A stretch of 64,000 nt of DNA, from the NCBI GenBank assembly GCA_964199315.1, contig OZ116706.1:31124001-31188000 (forward strand). The letters run 5' to 3'. Shown piece by piece: positions 61,460-64,000 of this stretch (the stretch's first letter is position 1; the number at the start of each line of letters is the position of its first letter). The DNA comes from Orbicella franksi (Eukaryota). Made by a program: the position numbers and the translations under genes. A model generated the notes under the pieces. The model saw only the letters and a list, made by a program, of their open reading frames with translations, made no database searches and was not told where the DNA came from.

Positions 61460-64000
61460 ATTTTTCCTTTTTCTCGCGCATCCTAGCGCGTTTACCGATG
61501 TGCCACAGTCGCGTTTTTGGTCTCGGAATCCTAAACTATGTTTAATGGATCTTTAAAAGATGCCAGTTTTGGCCCTCGATCAGATCACTACACGTGTACT
61601 TCGCAAGTAGAATTCTAACGAATTGGTCAGTAAGTGGGTTAGAGATTCTCGCCAATGACATTTTACATTCCTTTTAGCGCTTCTTCACGTGCTTAGCGAT
61701 GTGCGACACTTGCGTTTTCGGTATCGCAATCCTAAACTATGATTAGTGGGTAAAAAATACGTCAGTTTTGGCCCTCCATCAAATCTCCACACCTGTCTTT
61801 CACGCGTGGCATTCTATCGAGTTGAACAGTCCTTGTGTTGGAGATTCTAGCCAATGTCATTTTTATTTCTTCTTGCGCGCCTTTACGCCTTTACCGATGT
61901 GCCACTGTCGCGATTTCGCTCTCGGTATCGTAATCTATGCTCAATGGGTTTTTTAAAAGATGCCAGTTTTGACCCTCCGTCAAATCACGACTCGTGTGTT
62001 ATACCCATAGAATTCTAATAAATTGGTCAGTAAGTTGCCTGACGATTCTAGCTAATGACATTTTTCTTTCTTTTGGCGCTTTTTCGCGCGCTTACCTATG
62101 TGCCACACTCGCGTTTTCGGTCTTGGAATCCTAAACTATGCTTCCTGGGTTTTAAAAGATGGCATTGGTCCTCGGTCAAATTACTACACATGTGTTTCCC
62201 AAGTAGAATTTAAACGAATTGGTCAGTAAGCGAGTTAGAGAATCTAGCCAATGATATTTTTTTTCTTTTGGTGCTTCTTCACGTACTTAGCGATGTGCCA
62301 CACTTGCGTTTTGAATGTCGTAATCCTAAACTATGGTTAATGGGTAAAAAATATGTCAGTTTTGGCCGCCCATCAAATCTCCACACCTGTCTTTCACGCG
62401 TTGAATTCTATTGACTTGGAAAGTCTTTGTGTTGGAAATTCTTGCCAATGTCATTTTTATTTCTTCTTGCGCACCTTTACGCCTTTACCGATGTGCCACA
62501 GTTGCGATTTCGCTCTCGGTATCCTAATCTATGCTTAATGGGTTTTGAAAGATGCCAGTTTTGACCTTCCATGAAATCACTACTCCTGGGTTATACCCAT
62601 AGAATTCTGATGAATTCGTTAGTTAGTTGGTCGAAGGTTCTCGCCAATGACCTTTTTTTCTTTTGGCGCCTTTTTGCGCGCTTACCGATGTGCCACACAC
62701 GCGTTTTCGGTCTTGGAATCCTAAACTATGCTTCCTGGGTTTTGGAGGATGCCATTTTTTGGCCCTCGGTCAAATTGCTACACATGTGTTTCCCAAGTAG
62801 AGTTCTAACGAATTGGTCAGTAAGCTGGTTAGATATTCTAGCCAATGACAGTTTTTTTCCTTTTTGGTTCTTCTTCGCGTGCTTAACGATGTGCCACACT
62901 TGCGTTTTGGGTCTCGCAATCCTAAACTACGGTTGATAGGTAAAAATATGTCAGTTTTGGCCCTCNNNNNNNNNNNNNNNNNNNNNNNNNNNNNNNNNNN
63001 NNNNNNNNNNNNNNNNNNNNNNNNNNNNNNNNNNNNNNNNNNNNNNNNNNNNNNNNNNNNNNNNNNNNNNNNNNNNNNNNNNNNNNNNNNNNNNNNNNNN
63101 NNNNNNNNNNNNNNNNNNNNNNNNNNNNNNNNNNNNNNNNNNNNNNNNNNNNNNNNNNNNNNNNNCATCAAATCTCCACACCTTCTTTCACGCGTGGCAT
63201 TCTATCGAGTTGGACTGTCCTTGTGTTGGAGATTCTCGCCAGTGCCATTTTCATTTCTTCTAGCGCGCCTTTACGCCTTTACCGATGTGCCACAGTCGTG
63301 ATTTTGCTCGCGGTATCCTAATCCATACTGAATGGGTTTTTGAAAGATGCCAGTTTTGACCCTCCGTCAGATCACCACTCTTGTGTTATACCCATAAAAT
63401 TCTAATAAATTGGTTAGTAAGTTGGTTGAAAATTCTCGCCAAAGACATTTTTGTTACTCTTGGCGCTTTTTCGCGCGCTTAACGATGTGCCGCACACGCG
63501 TTTTCGGTCTTGGAATCCTAAACTATACCTACTGGGTTTTTAAAGATGCCACTTTTGGCCCTTGGTCAAATTACTGTACACTTATTTTACAAGTAGAATT
63601 CTAACGAATTGGTCAGTAAGCGAGTTAGAGAATCTAGCCAATGACCTTTTTTTCTTTTGGTGCCTCTTCGCGTGCTTATCGATGTGCCGCACTTGCGTTT
63701 TGGATCTCGCAATGGTTAATGGGTAAAAAATATGCCAGTTTTGGCCCTCCATGAAATCTCCACACTTGTATTTCACGCGTTGCATTCTATTGACTTGGAA
63801 AGTCCTTCTGTTTGAGATTCTCGCCAATGTCATTTTTATTTCTTCTTGGGCACTTTTACGCGTCTAGCGATGTACCACATTGGCGACATTGGAGCTTTCA
63901 GTATCCCAATCTACGCCTTATGGGCTTTTGAAAGATGCCAGTTTTGACCCTCCGTTAAGTCTCCAAAAATGTGTTTCACCCGTAGAATTCTAATAAATTT
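61460..64000 (+). repeat. Satellite family C, ~197-bp monomers arranged as a ~590-bp 3-mer higher-order repeat
   Basis: The gatgtgcc anchor or a close variant recurs at about 61498, 61698, 61897, 62099, 62292, 62494, 62688, 62888, 63284, 63484, 63681 and 63869; every third monomer is most similar. Confidence 0.9.
62966..63165. other. Assembly gap (200 N)
   Basis: Run of 200 N. Confidence 1.

Noticed and set aside
51347-63833. ORFs of 60-145 aa within the satellites
   Set aside because: They are repetitive translations of non-coding monomers, and some are open only because they run through Ns.
47230-64000. CRISPR array
   Set aside because: Eukaryotic context; the units are ~200-bp full-length tandem repeats with no unique spacers and no cas genes.
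48467-64000. Hammerhead-containing retrozyme tandem repeats
   Set aside because: The monomer size fits, but I found no CUGANGA...GAAA core with flanking stems in families A, B or C by eye; an Infernal scan would settle it.

Overview
Intron-rich, AT-rich eukaryotic genomic DNA. It is most likely cnidarian (stony coral); this is an inference from repeat families I recall and from gene architecture. Left to right: (1) the right-hand end of a Maverick/Polinton (adintovirus-like) element, 1-2156, with a packaging-ATPase ORF running off the window, TTAGGG-like subterminal repeats and an ...ACTACT terminus; (2) an 8-exon minus-strand gene for a predicted myristoylated LRR + ADP-ribosylglycohydrolase (ARH) fusion whose metal-binding Asp residues are largely replaced, head-to-head with (3) a 10-exon TRABD gene; (4) a 25-exon TSR1 gene containing a candidate C/D snoRNA and a Penelope fragment with a hammerhead ribozyme motif; (5) a 2-exon LHFPL-family tetraspan gene; (6) a 5-exon single-CUB type I membrane protein with an ITIM-like tail; (7) from ~47.2 kb to the end, a mosaic of three tandem-repeat families (~190-215 bp monomers) with repeated orientation switches, higher-order structure, SINEs and nested DNA transposons. 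There are two 200-N gaps (17766-17965, 62966-63165). All exon models were built by hand from GT-AG sites and reading-frame continuity; no database searches were run.
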